The notes beneath the pieces were generated by a model. That model made no database searches, was not told the origin of the DNA, and saw only the letters and a program-made list of their open reading frames with translations. Below, one piece after another: positions 20,810 through 33,412 of a DNA stretch of 64,000 nucleotides. Every line of letters starts with the position of its first letter. Positions within the stretch are counted from its first letter, which is position 1. The DNA is from an uncultured Methanosarcinaceae archaeon (lineage in GTDB: Archaea > Halobacteriota > Methanosarcinia > Methanosarcinales > Methanosarcinaceae): positions 44,767 to 108,766 of the forward strand of contig CAVSHT010000006.1 of NCBI GenBank assembly GCA_963727895.1, given 5' to 3'. A program made the position numbers and the translations under genes.

Positions 20810-21812
20810 ATGCTCAAAAGAAGGAATATTTGCAAATGGCTGCTACTTATCTTTCTTATCTGTTTTTTACCCTCTAGTACTGCAAGCGCAGATAATAGTG
20901 AATTGAATGATTTCAAATCTAATCTCAGATTCTTCAATAACGGAGTTTGCAAATGATTCTTCTTTCATAGCATACAGAGGAACCTTACCAGAAACAATTG
21001 ATCAGAAATGGGAAAATTCAATTGTAGATTGCTGGTTAAATTTTACTCGCATGGGACCTTCATATTCCGAATTTGACAAGTCTATAAAAAGTATTGCTTC
21101 TAATAACGAAATGCTAATAATTGAAATAAGGTTTGCCTATAAAGGAGAAGTAAATAACTCTAGAATTGATACGATCTATCAAAAAATTGAGGATTATTGT
21201 GAGAAACAAGAAGGTATAAGTGACGTTCCTGTAGTCTTTATGTGGGCACATGATGAAGAGGATCTCCCATTACCGGATTATGGTTCTCAGATCTTTGAGT
21301 ACGTTAAAAATGAATCTGGTTTTATAACTAATCGAGGAACAATGCCAGTTATTACAGACGCTAATGAAATCGTGGAATGGGTAAATTTACTTATTGAATA
21401 TAGTCGATCAAGTTCTTTCCTTGAGGGAATCAACCCTTATTTGGCTGTATCCGGCGGTCCTGTTAATGGTTTTGGAGCTGATATTAATGGATACTTATTA
21501 GTCAGTTTCGAACCATCAACTCCATAAAAAGTAAATGAATCAGTAATTGATACAATATATAAAGTAATAAATGAACACTTTAAACAGAAAGGCATAGATG
21601 ATGTACCAGTCGTTTTTGAATGGAGAGAAGTGGTGAACGACACACTAGCACCAGCTGATGGACTAGATGCTAACGAAAGTAATAATATTAACGTACCCGA
21701 TCATGAAGAGGAAACCGTTAGTAATAAGACAACCAATCAAATTTCTGGTTTTACTTTAATAATGGGTGTTCTAGGAATTTTATCGTTGCTGATTATCAAG
21801 CGTTCAGTATAA
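20810..21812 (+). pseudogene. Cell-surface protein with two tandem domains and a PGF-CTERM-like anchor; frameshift plus nonsense codon
   Basis: Signal peptide MLKRRNICKWLLLIFLICFLPSSTASA from ATG 20810 is out of frame with 20907..21527. TAA 21525-21527 is followed by an in-frame continuation KVNESVIDTIY...DVPVVFEW to SGF-TM-KR end. Confidence 0.75.
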
Positions 21813-22032
21813 ATTAGCAACTTCAATGGTTATCGATTCATAGGTATACATCTGAATCTCAGAACAGTATCCGAAAAATTGTTGAATATTGAATTATGTC
21901 AAAAAAGTGCAGCTTTTTAAGGCTACAAAAATAATTTTTTATTCCGGCGTTACTTCAAACCTGTCACAGGAGTTCACTGATCTCTATTCGAGTGCAGGTT
22001 TTGCCCCCATATTCGCATTCAAGCAGACTTAT

Positions 22033-22974
<942 letters not shown>

Positions 22975-23014
22975 GCTGTCACCTTTTTACCTTTTTATCT
23001 CTTTTAATCTCTTT

Positions 23015-23805
23015 TTAAATTCTTTCGATTTTCGTGGTGAAGTCAAGTGGATTTGCGTCATAGGGAGCGCTTATAACGATAATATCTACAAAAGGAGCGT
23101 ATTCAGGAATCATGGGCCCTTTGATTCCTCCCACTGCAAGTTCAAGCTTTGGATTTAGTTTCTTAAGTTCAGGCCCGAGCTCTCGAAGTTCTTCTGGAGA
23201 ATAGTGGTCAAGGAGCATAATATCCGACATTCCGGCATATTTGAACGCTTCTTCTCTCGTTCTGGGTTCGATTTCTATTTTTTTAATCGCCTTAAGTTTT
23301 CCCAGTTCGCCTGCAACTTCCAGGTGGTTCTGACTAAACTGAATGGAATCGCTGAGGGAGTTCCTGTGGATATCTCCTCCGCCTGCTCTAACGGCTTTAA
23401 TCTCAAATATCCGTGATCCGGGGTGAGTCTTCCGGCTTGTTGCAATAATAATGTCAGGGTTTGCCTTTCTGCCTGCACTAACGAGAGAAGCCGTCTTCGT
23501 GGCAATTGCACACATGATGGTAAGGAAAGTCTGGGAAACTCTCCAGAATCTGAACAGGAGTTTTAAGTCTCCTTCTGCTTCAAAAATCATATCTCCAGAC
23601 TTGAAAGTCTCCCCATCTCTGAGGTAGTGAAGGATTTTCAGGTTTTTTCTTTCATAATATTCTGCCAGGTCGCTTGCGCAGGCACAGGTCCCGTTTTCTC
23701 TCGAAAAATCCTCATTTTTCCCCTGCCTTCAAGGTTGAGCAATTCTGCACTTTCATCCTGATAGGGGCAATCTTCGTAAAAGTAAAGTTCAAACAGATCT
23801 ATCAT
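23015..23805 (-). pseudogene. modD: ModD-like (quinolinate phosphoribosyltransferase-fold) protein, frameshifted
   Basis: ATG 23805 MIDLFELYFYEDCPYQDE; one base missing at ~23704-23708; TSRKT.PG, AV.AGGG..HR..LSD, IEIE, MLLDH motifs. Confidence 0.78.
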
Positions 23806-23993
23806 GATTTGCCTCAAAAATTTTCTTCATAAATTTCTACTTTTTATGTTTTTATTTCCCTTGCTTCCTGTTTTTCGGATCTATTTCTGTACTCCCACCA
23901 TATGTTAACTTTACTTCTATCGGTAAACCTTACTCCCAGTTTTTATTAGTTTATTCAGGCTTCAAATTTTCCTTATGAATTTTTCCTGTGAAT

Positions 23994-25055
23994 TCACCTT
24001 ATTATCCTGGCATTTGAAGCTTTGAACACAGCATATATTTCACTGCCTGGTTCGAGTTCGAGCATTTCACATGAAGTCGGCGTAACTACGGCTTTAATTT
24101 CTGCATGTCCAATCTCTATCTCGACAACTACAAGATGTTCCTTTTTGAATATTCCTGAAACTTTTCCTTTCAATATATTTCGGGCCGAACTTTCCATAAT
24201 CCCTCTGGCAAGAATAACTTCTTCCGAGCGAATAGAGATAGCTACATCTTCTCCGAGCTCAGCAGGGTCTGATGAATAGATTTCCAGTCCTTCGGCTTGA
24301 ATTACTGTGATTTTTTTTTTCAAGGGCTTTTACCTTTCCCTTAAGCACATTGGTGCCCAGAAACTCGGCTACAAAATCAGGAAAAGGTCGCTTGAAAACC
24401 GATTCAGGGTCTCCTGCCTGCATAACTTTTCCTTTCTTTAATACAACCACGCGGTTCGCCAGAGCCCAGACATCTTCGAAATCGTGGGTCACATGCAAAA
24501 CAGTGGTACTGTACTCACTGATCGCTTTTTTCAGCATCTTCCTGAGCTTTTTTTGTTCTTACGTCAAGGGCGCTAAAAGGTTCGTCTAGAAGGAGCAGCT
24601 TTGGTCTTACTACAAGGCTCCTTGCAATGGCTGTCCTCTGTTTCTCTCCTCCGATCAGGGTAGCTGGTTTTCTGTATAGCAACTCCCCTATTCCAAGGAC
24701 TCCGGCAATCTGCTTTACTTCGGCTTCGATCTGTTTTTTTGTCCCTGATCTTTTTTCTAATCGCATATGCTATGTTTTCAAAAACATTCATGTGGGGAAA
24801 AAGCATGTGATCCTGACACACTATACTTATCTGCCTCATATTGGGGGGAAGATCGGTAATATCTTTTCCTTCCAGAATAATCCTGCCTTTTTTAGGACTG
24901 TAAAATCCTATTATCGTTTCAAGAAAAAGGGACTTTCCACTGCCAGTAGGACCTATAAGCGTTAAGTAATCTCCTTCTTCGGCTTTGAGCTTTATTCTGT
25001 CGAGTTCAAAACCTCCAACATCAAGGCAGAGATCCCTGACTTCAAGAAAACTCAC
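23994..25055 (-). pseudogene. modC: Molybdate/tungstate ABC transporter ATPase with TOBE domain, three frameshifts
   Basis: Walker A GPTGSGKS, degenerate signature [25 protein letters not shown]-terminal SARN TOBE. Shifts at T7 24734-40, T7 24548-54 and T10 24311-20. Confidence 0.85.
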
Positions 25056-25858
25056 AGCTTCCCTCCTTCAAATCTTTCAAAGCTGAGAATTGCAAGAAAA
25101 GCAATTCCCATAAGTAAAATTCCACTTGTAATTGCCATTTCCAGATTTCCATAGGAAATGTTCAGGTAGAGGATTACAGGCAGAACTTCGGTATACATAT
25201 ATGATCCCCCTGCTAGCACCAGCACTGCTCCAAAAGCCCCTATACAGCGGGCAAAGGTGATCACTCCTGAAGCAAAAAGTCCACTCCTTGCCATTGGAAG
25301 AGTCACGTGCCTGAAAGTTTCAAATTCCCCGTACCAAAAACTCCTTGAGACCAGTTCGTATCTTGGGTTGATGTCTTCAAAGGTGGAGTAGATTATCCTT
25401 ACAGCATAGGGGAAAGCGACGAAAAACTGGGCAATTATTATCCCGAGCTTGCTGAAGGTTACTTTTATCCCCACAGCTTCAAGCGCAGGTCCGAGAAAGC
25501 TCTGCTCGAAAAGAAGCAGGAGGGCTAGACCCATTACCAGTTCCGGAAATGCCATTGGAAGCCCGAGTACGGTTTTTATAATGCTTTTTCCTGGAAAGGA
25601 AAAACGTGAAAGGGCGTAAGCTGTCGGAATTGAACAGCACATTACCGAAAATGTTGAGACTGAAGAGGTCAGCGTGGAAAGTTTCATTGAATAAAGCATT
25701 TCTTCCGAAAGCGGGGCTGAAAAAATTTCTGATGGACTAAGGACGAAGAGCAAGGTTCCTATGAACAAAAAAAGCAAAAAGGTGAAGAAGAGGGCAATGC
25801 CCACTGTGAATTTCTTGAACCAGGAATATTTCATACTCGAGTATTTTAAGAACTGCAT
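25052..25858 (-). CDS. modB: Molybdate/tungstate ABC transporter permease (ORF intact, operon decayed)
   Basis: TM profile; P.AY.LSR..FPGK, LP...PE.V.G.ALL, EAA-like loop, FAR.IG.FGA. Confidence 0.8.
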   Translation of the reverse strand: MQFLKYSSMKYSWFKKFTVGIALFFTFLLFLFIGTLLFVLSPSEIFSAPLSEEMLYSMKLSTLTSSVSTFSVMCCSIPTAYALSRFSFPGKSIIKTVLGLPMAFPELVMGLALLLLFEQSFLGPALEAVGIKVTFSKLGIIIAQFFVAFPYAVRIIYSTFEDINPRYELVSRSFWYGEFETFRHVTLPMARSGLFASGVITFARCIGAFGAVLVLAGGSYMYTEVLPVILYLNISYGNLEMAITSGILLMGIAFLAILSFERFEGGKL

Positions 25859-26665
25859 GGCTTAAAGCCCCATTTCTCCCAGGTAGCCTTTGCTTCATCT
25901 CCTGCGATGTAGGTGTTAAATGCTTTTGCCAGTTCAGGATCTTTTGTATATATGGAAACTGCCGTGGGTATGGTCTGTATTTTATTCTGTTTTTTAGGGA
26001 TAGGGATTATTTTGATTTTTCCACTGGCTTCATTCCAGTTTGCCATATCTTCCCATATTATTGCTGCGTCCGCGTCTTTGGATGTGAGGTAAATAAGAAG
26101 CTGGTTTACTGTTGCAGTCTTGACAATTGTGTTATTTTTTACTTCAGGAAGGATTCCTGCCTTTGTACAGATCTTTTCCGATACCTTGCCTATTGCAGGT
26201 CCATTAGGGTCTCCAAGAGCCAGTTTTATTCCAGGGTTTGCCAGGTCTTCGAGTTTGCTTATATTTGCAGGATTTTCTGCAGGTACTGCGATGACCGGGA
26301 TATGCTGGGTCAGGTTTTCTACGCTATCATTGTAAACATAATTCTTTTCTATAGCCTGTTCAGTGTATTGATAGTCTCCGGGAATGAAAACGTCGCACTC
26401 CTTAGATGTCAGATATCCAAAGATTTCAGCACTTCCTTCATAACGAACCTCGATATCTGCCCCAGTCTCATTTTCAAAATTTCCAATCAAGTTCATTCAT
26501 GGGCTTTATAAGTCCTGCTCCGGAACAAACAGTGATCTGCTGCCCCTTAAATTCATTTGCCGAATTATTAGAAGCAGGAGTCGGAGACATTTTTTCAGTA
26601 CATCCGGAGCTAGCCATAGCCATAGCCAGCAACATGATAATTAAGAATGCTTAGACCTTTTTCAT
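25846..26665 (-). pseudogene. modA: Second ModA-type substrate-binding lipoprotein, nonsense codon plus frameshift
   Basis: ATG 26665 MKKV then TAA (26651-53); lipobox ASSGC, CSGAGLIKPMNEL; shift near 26490 into 26496..25846 (GDP..PAIG, TVNQL, ADAAI.W). Confidence 0.8.
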
Positions 26666-27128
26666 TCAAAAACCCTCATATGGAATTTAGACGATATGCC
26701 TAAATATGCATAAAGATTGATAAAACTTATTATAAACATATATTCAAAAAATATAATCTGAGAGTTATAAAATATTTGATTGCTCTCCAATCCAATTTTT
26801 AAAAAGTAAATGTTACCAGATTAAACCCAAATCCCGGAGTCAGAACACGATCTATCCAGTCTTTCATTATAGCTGGTATAAAAATGAAATAAATAGGGAA
26901 CTGAAAAATTAGAAGGTCAGCTCATTTTATTTTTTCCATCTCTTTTTTAATATCTGGAGCAAAAGTTCCTGTTTTTGAAGCCTGAAATATTTATAAAACA
27001 CATTTCCCTAGAAAAAGTAAGTTTACTTAATTTTAAGGCGACAGAATTAGAATATGCTAAATCTACAGGATTCTCTTGAGCGCAATTGTTGTGCCGTTTG
27101 ATCACGCTGTTACTTAGAGGTTTTCGAT

Positions 27129-27179
27129 AAAACCTTTTCCCAAAGGGTTTTTCGCTCAAGCCTTTTTTGAAAAGGCTTG
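27129..27179. repeat. Two tandem hairpin units downstream of hisB (possible terminator/REP-like)
   Basis: AAAACCTTTTCCCAAAGGGTTTTT and CAAGCCTTTT-TTG-AAAAGGCTTG; same motif class as 175-267. Confidence 0.6.
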
Positions 27180-27182
27180 CGT

Positions 27183-27758
27183 TTAGAGAACTCCTTTAGT
27201 ACTTTTTATCTCTTTACCTTCAATTTTTACAGCTCGTTTCATAGCATAAGCAAAAGCTTTGAAAAGCGCTTCGATCTTGTGATGGTCGTTATCGCCATAA
27301 ACGTTTGCATGGATAGTAATCTTTGCATTTGAAGCCAGTGTTTCAAAGAAGTGTTTCACAAGCTGGGTACTGAATTGTCCAACCTGAGGAGATGAAAATT
27401 CAGCTATCAGGACAAGGTAGCTACGTCCGCCTATATCCAGAGCAACCTCGGCAAGAGCTTCGTCCATTGGAATTCTTGCTTCCCCAAAACGAGCAATTCC
27501 TGACATATTTCCAAGCGCCTCTGCAAGAACTTTTCCAAGAACTATTCCTGTATCTTCTACAAGGTGATGCTCGTCCACGTACAAGTCACCATCTGCACTT
27601 ATCTTAAGATCAAATTCTGCATGTCTTGCAAAAGAAGTAAGCATATGGTCAAAAAACCCTATCCCTGTATTGATATCAACAATTCCTGTGCCATCAAGGT
27701 TTAGCTCCAGTTGGATATCAGTTTCTTTTGTCTTGCGGAACATTTTGCCTGTTCTCAT
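27183..27758 (-). CDS. hisB: Imidazoleglycerol-phosphate dehydratase
   Basis: [34 protein letters not shown]. Confidence 0.97.
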   Translation of the reverse strand: MRTGKMFRKTKETDIQLELNLDGTGIVDINTGIGFFDHMLTSFARHAEFDLKISADGDLYVDEHHLVEDTGIVLGKVLAEALGNMSGIARFGEARIPMDEALAEVALDIGGRSYLVLIAEFSSPQVGQFSTQLVKHFFETLASNAKITIHANVYGDNDHHKIEALFKAFAYAMKRAVKIEGKEIKSTKGVL

Positions 27759-27895
27759 AGAGCATCACATTCTCTTTAAATTTATAAATACTTTCTATCT
27801 GAATTCTTACTAATTTCTTCCTTATTTTCAGAAATGTTGAAGAAATAGATTCTGTCGAAGATTTCTGTCAGGAAATAAATACAAGTTCAAAATCA

Positions 27896-28630
27896 TTAAT
27901 GCTGGATTGTTTCAATCGCAGCTTCAAGTGTGAACTTACCTGTGTAGAGAGCACTACCTACTACTACTCCTGCAGCTCCTGTATTCTTCAGAATCTTCAG
28001 GTCTTGAAGAGAACTTACTCCTCCTGATGCAATTACAGGAATGTTGACAGATTCTACAAGTTTTTTTGTAGGAACAGGATTTACTCCCTGCATAAGGCCT
28101 TCAGTATCTATGTTTGTGAATAAAATGCTTCCTGTACCAAGTTCTTCAAATTTCCTGCCCATTTCTACAGGAGTTTGTGCACATTCTTCAGTCCAGCCTT
28201 TGATCGAGATTCTTCCATTTTTTGCATCAAGGGCAACGGTAACATGTTCGTTTCCAAAAGTACTGGAAAGCCTTTTTACAAGTTCCGGATTCTGAAGCGC
28301 AGCAGTTCCAAGAATCACTCTCGAAACTCCAAGTTCAAGCAGAAAAGCTGCATCTTCAAAACTTCGAATGCCTCCTCCTACCTGAATCTGTACTTCTTTT
28401 TCTCGGCATTCGCTGACTATTTTTTCGATAATAGGAGCGTTTTTACGTTCTCCTTCTATTGCTCCATCTAAGTCTACCAGATGAAGGGTCTTTGCTCCCT
28501 TTCTTACCCAGTCAAGAGCAACTTCAACAGGATCATCAAGGGACACAATTTCACTGCCCGGAATTCCCTGAACAAGCTGAACGCACTTTCCACCCCTCAT
28601 ATCTACTGCGGGAATCACTTCAAAAACCAA
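27896..28630 (-). CDS. hisA: ProFAR isomerase
   Basis: VIPAVD..GGKCV.L.QG, HLVDLDGA, QVGGGIR, IASGGV. Confidence 0.96.
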   Translation of the reverse strand: MVFEVIPAVDMRGGKCVQLVQGIPGSEIVSLDDPVEVALDWVRKGAKTLHLVDLDGAIEGERKNAPIIEKIVSECREKEVQIQVGGGIRSFEDAAFLLELGVSRVILGTAALQNPELVKRLSSTFGNEHVTVALDAKNGRISIKGWTEECAQTPVEMGRKFEELGTGSILFTNIDTEGLMQGVNPVPTKKLVESVNIPVIASGGVSSLQDLKILKNTGAAGVVVGSALYTGKFTLEAAIETIQH

Positions 28631-28703
28631 AGTTACATCTCCTACGCGCCTTTTAGATCTCTCTCTGTTTATTTTATTTGATCTGTCATTAGGAGCTTTT
28701 TTT

Positions 28704-29573
28704 TCAGGGCATTATTCTTTCTATAGGTACAACAAGAACGTCCCGTGCGCCAACGTTTCTCAGCTTATTTACAATGGTGAAAATAAGATCTGCATCCACA
28801 ACCGCATGAACTGCAAGGATGGATTCTCCAGACAATTTGCTGGACTCGACCTTCATTACAGTTGGACCTGCCATTCCTGGCAGGACTTTTTTCACTGCCT
28901 GGAGGGAAGATTCGGGAACGTTCATCATAAGATAACGCTTCTGCTTTGCATTGAGCACGCTTTCCAATGCAGTTTTTATGTCTAATATTTTTTCTTTTTT
29001 ATTGAGGCTTTCTTTATTTGCGATCAGATATACTGTGGATGTAAAAACGTTTTCAATTGGCTTTAAATGGTTCATCATCAAAGTGGTTCCGGAGCTTGAT
29101 ATATCCACGATTGCATCTGCGATCCCCACATGTGGAGTCATTTCACAGGCTCCACTGACCTTTATAACCTCAACTTTTACTCCAAGTTTTTTGAAGTACT
29201 GACTCGTAATTTCTGGAAACTCTGTTGCAATCTTTTTTCCTTCCAGATCTTGGGCTTTTTGGAACTTTGAATCTTCAGGGACGGCCAGAACAAGGTTGGC
29301 TTTTCCGAATTTCAGATCCAGAAGAGTTTCAACCTTTGCTCCTCTTTCCGTAATCAAATCTATGCCTGTAATACCGACGTCTGCAGCTCCGTCTTGTACG
29401 TACTCAGGAATATCAGCAGCTCTGGCAAAGAGAATCTGAATCTCAGGGTCTGTAGTTTTTGCAAAAAGTTTTCTACTCTCGGCTCCCCCACTTATAGGGA
29501 GTCCTGCATCTTTGAAAAGAGAAATTGTGGGTTCGTAAAGGCGCCCTTTATTGGGTATTGCAATGCGAATCAT
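28704..29573 (-). CDS. hisG: ATP phosphoribosyltransferase (long form)
   Basis: IAIPNKGRL, DIPEYV..G.AD.GITG.D, GACE..P..G.ADAIVD..SSGTTL, C-terminal regulatory domain. Confidence 0.97.
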   Translation of the reverse strand: MIRIAIPNKGRLYEPTISLFKDAGLPISGGAESRKLFAKTTDPEIQILFARAADIPEYVQDGAADVGITGIDLITERGAKVETLLDLKFGKANLVLAVPEDSKFQKAQDLEGKKIATEFPEITSQYFKKLGVKVEVIKVSGACEMTPHVGIADAIVDISSSGTTLMMNHLKPIENVFTSTVYLIANKESLNKKEKILDIKTALESVLNAKQKRYLMMNVPESSLQAVKKVLPGMAGPTVMKVESSKLSGESILAVHAVVDADLIFTIVNKLRNVGARDVLVVPIERIMP

Positions 29574-30055
29574 CTGTTATGTCCTCTATAAATAATCCAC
29601 CGAGATATATTTCATCGGCTAAATTCATCTAATTAAATACATTAAGGTAAAATGTTTATTCAAAACACTCTTGTATAATATAGACCTCACGATAAAGTCT
29701 CATTGAACTCTTCTTTCAAGAGGGCAATTCTATAGATAAAAAGATCGCTCATCATGAACTCATTTCGAGGGAGAGTTAATGATTTTTTTATGTTGAAGGC
29801 GATTAAAATTTATTTCAATATATTATTACCTCAAGTAATAATAATGTGGGAAAAATTATATATTCTGATAATTTCATAGATTATGACTCTCACGTCACAT
29901 ATATAATATTATTTCTGTCATAAGAATACAGGAGTTAATCCTAACGGAATGCTAAGAATAGCAGACTGATGATGCAACTGACCGAAAAATAGTAAACCAA
30001 TAATATCAACATTTAATTACAAAACTATTAATGATTTTAAAAAAAGAGGATCCAA

Positions 30056-31252
30056 ATGGCCCGAAATATCAAAGTGGAAGAGCTCTTCCAGACCCCTATT
30101 GAGAAGCAGCAGATAGAGCTTGTAGAACGAAAAGGGATAGGGCATCCTGACAGCATATCGGACGGATTGGCCGAAGCTGTAAGTCGCGCACTATGCAGGG
30201 AATATATAAGCAAATGTGGAGCTGTACTCCATCATAATACCGATGAAACTCAGATTGTAGCCGGAAGATCCAGCCCTCAGTTTGGGAGTGGAGAAGTTTT
30301 GCAGCCCATATATATTCTACTAGTAGGTAGGGCAACAAAGGAGTTTGACGGAGTAGAACTTGCTACTGAGTCTGTGGCCCTTCAAGCTGCCAGAAAATAC
30401 CTTAAAAATACCCTTGTAAATATGGATCTCGAAAGAGATGTTATCATGGATTGTAAACTCGGGACAGGGTCCTCAGACCTGAGGGATGTCTTCAACAGAG
30501 ACAGGATTCCGGTTGCAAACGATACATCATTTGGGGTTGGACATGCTCCTTTTTCCGAGCTTGAAAATCTTGTATATAATACAGAAAGACAACTGCTAAC
30601 AGATCTTAAGTCACGCATGCCTGCGATAGGAGAAGACATGAAGGTTATGGGTCTAAGAGATGGAGAAGACATAACCCTTACAATATGCAGCGGCATGATT
30701 GGGAGATACATAGACGATCTGGATAGTTATATAAATATGACTCAGGAAATGCAGACATATGTTGAAGAACTTGCAATTAAGTATACTGAACGCAATGTGA
30801 ATGTATACATCAACACTGCAGATAACCTGAAAACCAGCTGTGTTTTCCTTACAGTTACGGGCACTTCAGCTGAAATGGGAGATGACGGTTCTGTAGGACG
30901 TGGAAACCGCTGTAATGGACTGATCACACCAAACAGGCCTATGAGCATGGAGGCAACAAGTGGAAAGAACCCGATTAACCACATAGGTAAAATCTATAAC
31001 CTCCTCTCTACTCAGATGGCCCGTGATATTGTAAAGCAGGTTCCAGAAGTCCAGGATGTTTATATCAGGCTTCTTTCCCAGATCGGAAAACCAATTGACC
31101 AGCCACTTGTAGCAAGTGCGCAGATTATCCCGAAAGAAGGAAATTCTTTTGCGAAGGTCAAAGCTGAAGCTGAAGTTGTCATGGATGACTGGTTTTCTAA
31201 TGTGACAAAGATTACCGAAATGGTGATTAAAGGGGAATTAAACACTTTCTAA
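30056..31252 (+). CDS. mat: Archaeal S-adenosylmethionine synthetase
   Basis: [49 protein letters not shown]. Confidence 0.96.
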   Translation: MARNIKVEELFQTPIEKQQIELVERKGIGHPDSISDGLAEAVSRALCREYISKCGAVLHHNTDETQIVAGRSSPQFGSGEVLQPIYILLVGRATKEFDGVELATESVALQAARKYLKNTLVNMDLERDVIMDCKLGTGSSDLRDVFNRDRIPVANDTSFGVGHAPFSELENLVYNTERQLLTDLKSRMPAIGEDMKVMGLRDGEDITLTICSGMIGRYIDDLDSYINMTQEMQTYVEELAIKYTERNVNVYINTADNLKTSCVFLTVTGTSAEMGDDGSVGRGNRCNGLITPNRPMSMEATSGKNPINHIGKIYNLLSTQMARDIVKQVPEVQDVYIRLLSQIGKPIDQPLVASAQIIPKEGNSFAKVKAEAEVVMDDWFSNVTKITEMVIKGELNTF

Positions 31253-31517
31253 ACAAAGTGCAGATTTTGCTGAGAAGAACTTTCCAGTTCTTTTCACAAC
31301 TTCTTTACGTGAATGTTTTTGATCTTATTTTGAACAAGAAATTGTTTACTTCTGGTAAAAATCAATTTTTAGATTCAACTGTTATGATGTTAGCTTACAT
31401 TTATATAAATCTTGTAAAAATGTCCCTGTATTATGTATCCAGCGAAACATATATATATAATTGCCATATATGAGATGGTACATTCAAGCAGTGTAACAAT
31501 GGATTAACATACATCAT

Positions 31518-31633
31518 CCCGCCTTAACTCAGTGGTAGAGTGCGCGGCTGTAGTTCGGCTCGTGCGGGGAAACTTCCCCGTTCATTTCTGCGCAGGCACC
31601 GCGATGTCCCCGGTTCGAGTCTGGGAGGCGGGA
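31518..31633 (+). tRNA. tRNA-Tyr(GTA) with 44-nt intron at canonical position 37/38 (31554..31597)
   Basis: Acceptor CCCGCCT/AGGCGGG+A, anticodon stem CGCGG/CCGCG, GTA at 31550-52, T-loop TTCGAGT, BHB central helix CTGT/GCAG; TATA-like element at ~31449-31460. Confidence 0.93.
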
Positions 31634-31745
31634 CCTTATAACAAACTCCATAATCGAAACAATTCTACGGGAACATTTATATATTTAAAATGCATTTATG
31701 GTTTGCTCACGACGCGGGCTAAATCAGCAGCAAATAATACTTAGT

Positions 31746-31818
31746 GTCCGGATAGTGTAGAGGCCTATCATGGAGCCCTGTCGAGGCTCCGACTCGGGTT
31801 CGAATCCCGGTCCGGGCG
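31746..31818 (+). tRNA. tRNA-Asp(GTC)
   Basis: Acceptor GTCCGGA/TCCGGGC+G, anticodon arm GAGCC-CTGTCGA-GGCTC, T arm CGGG-TTCGAAT-CCCG; TTTATATA box upstream. Confidence 0.95.
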
Positions 31819-32130
31819 TTATCTTAATTAAAGCTCGATTTTCATTAATCGAATATATTTTTTTTATGTGTTTTTTAAGAATAATGATTATCTATTCTTT
31901 TAGTTCTATTTTTTATCGTATGTCTCTTTATGGTCTCTTTATATCTACAACCAGCGTATACTTTTTTCTTCATGCAGGATTATTACAGAATAGCAGTATA
32001 GACAGTTTAACAAAAAGAATCAAAGGAAAAGTTTATAGGGGTTTTTGTACTCCTTTTTACTGAATTTATTGTAAGTGTTTAGCTCTTTACTTCTAAATTG
32101 GTTCAATACTCTTTCAATTTGTTGTATTTA

Positions 32131-32328
32131 TCATCTGCGTTTTTTCTGTCCTTCTCCCATCATCCATTTAATGCTTTCTTCATACAATCTGTGATATTCG
32201 TCATCCGTAGACGTTCCATTTTTCTTCATACCTAGTCGAATTATACTTAATATAATCTCAAGTATTAATCTCCATATTAAAATAAAGAAAATTATATTCC
32301 CTATATAATATATGTCTTCTATCATTTC
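32131..32328 (-). CDS. Small hypothetical membrane protein
   Basis: Single hydrophobic stretch followed by a charged tail; start uncertain. Confidence 0.35.
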   Translation of the reverse strand, partial: EMIEDIYYIGNIIFFILIWRLILEIILSIIRLGMKKNGTSTDDEYHRLYEESIKWMMGEGQKKRR

Positions 32329-32785
32329 CTTAATGCTTCCCTCTTGCTTTTTACATATTTTGTATCTTATTCGCAAACAGGATACATATACTAAAGTACA
32401 GGTCTCTTATCTTCTAACCATAGAGTTTCTTTGGTTTCTTTGTTGAGAGTTCTATTTTATTTTAGCAGACTACTATACTCTTATTTATGCATATAAAATA
32501 TATAGTTCTCGTAATCTACAAACAGTGATATAAAGTAAACGTATTAAATACAAAAATAGTGCCAGCAGTTCCTGTATAATAAGATATTATATGCATCACT
32601 GAAAATATACTTGATACGTGTAATATTTATGGAATTTAAGTGTAAATACACTTATTTTTTTATTTTCAGAAATACATCTTATAGAAAGTTTTACTTTGTA
32701 TTTAGTTATTGTAGGTTAACTAAGAGTCACAACTTCTATTGAAATGTACAAACTATTAAAAGAAAGTAACTTGGAAGAATAAAAG

Positions 32786-33412
32786 ATGGAAATTGAAGCT
32801 GTCGTTTCTGATGTTTCCAGGGAAGATCTCAACAGTATACAGGGAATACTGAAAACTACCCGCAAAAAAATGGAGATTGAAACGCTTGCTTTTATTGAAG
32901 CTACAAAAATTTTCACCTCTACATGGATTCAAAGAGAAGTTGAAATGGCTGTAAATTCTCAGGAAAATGAATCTTTTCCTGAAACTTTAAGGTCTGACCT
33001 CCAAAAATCTAGTGAATTAAACTTAGACATAAATGAGTTCTCCATGAATATTTCAGATATTGTAGAAACTCATCTCAACCTTGATGATCACTGGATTCAC
33101 AGAAATGCACTATTTCAGCCTGATATTTCCAAAGATTACTTTGAGTTTCAAAAAGGAAAAATTCGAAGTGAATTGACCTCAAGCATTCGAATAATCCTTG
33201 GCTGTGCCACCGAGATTTTCTGGAACCTGGATGAAGGAGAATCTAAGAATAAATCATGGGTAAAAGAGATGGGAAGGAGAAAATACGTTTGTTTTCTTCG
33301 GTTCTCGGATGAAATGACAGCTTCTCTTAACCATTATTTTGAGTTGCTTGAGACACTTTTGGTTTTGAATCATAAATTGAAAGAAGAAATGTTAAAGATC
33401 GATGAAAAATAA
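32786..33412 (+). CDS. Hypothetical protein (208 aa)
   Basis: Long clean ORF overlapping the start of the downstream peptidase. Confidence 0.7.
   Translation: MEIEAVVSDVSREDLNSIQGILKTTRKKMEIETLAFIEATKIFTSTWIQREVEMAVNSQENESFPETLRSDLQKSSELNLDINEFSMNISDIVETHLNLDDHWIHRNALFQPDISKDYFEFQKGKIRSELTSSIRIILGCATEIFWNLDEGESKNKSWVKEMGRRKYVCFLRFSDEMTASLNHYFELLETLLVLNHKLKEEMLKIDEK

Noticed and set aside
23994..25055. Programmed frameshifting in modC, or pure homopolymer sequencing error
   Set aside because: Three shifts plus missense damage, and a nonsense codon in the same operon, fit decay better. Error cannot be fully excluded without reads
31532..32063. ORFs 31532..31744 and 31770..32063
   Set aside because: They start inside tRNA-Tyr and tRNA-Asp and have no protein-like features
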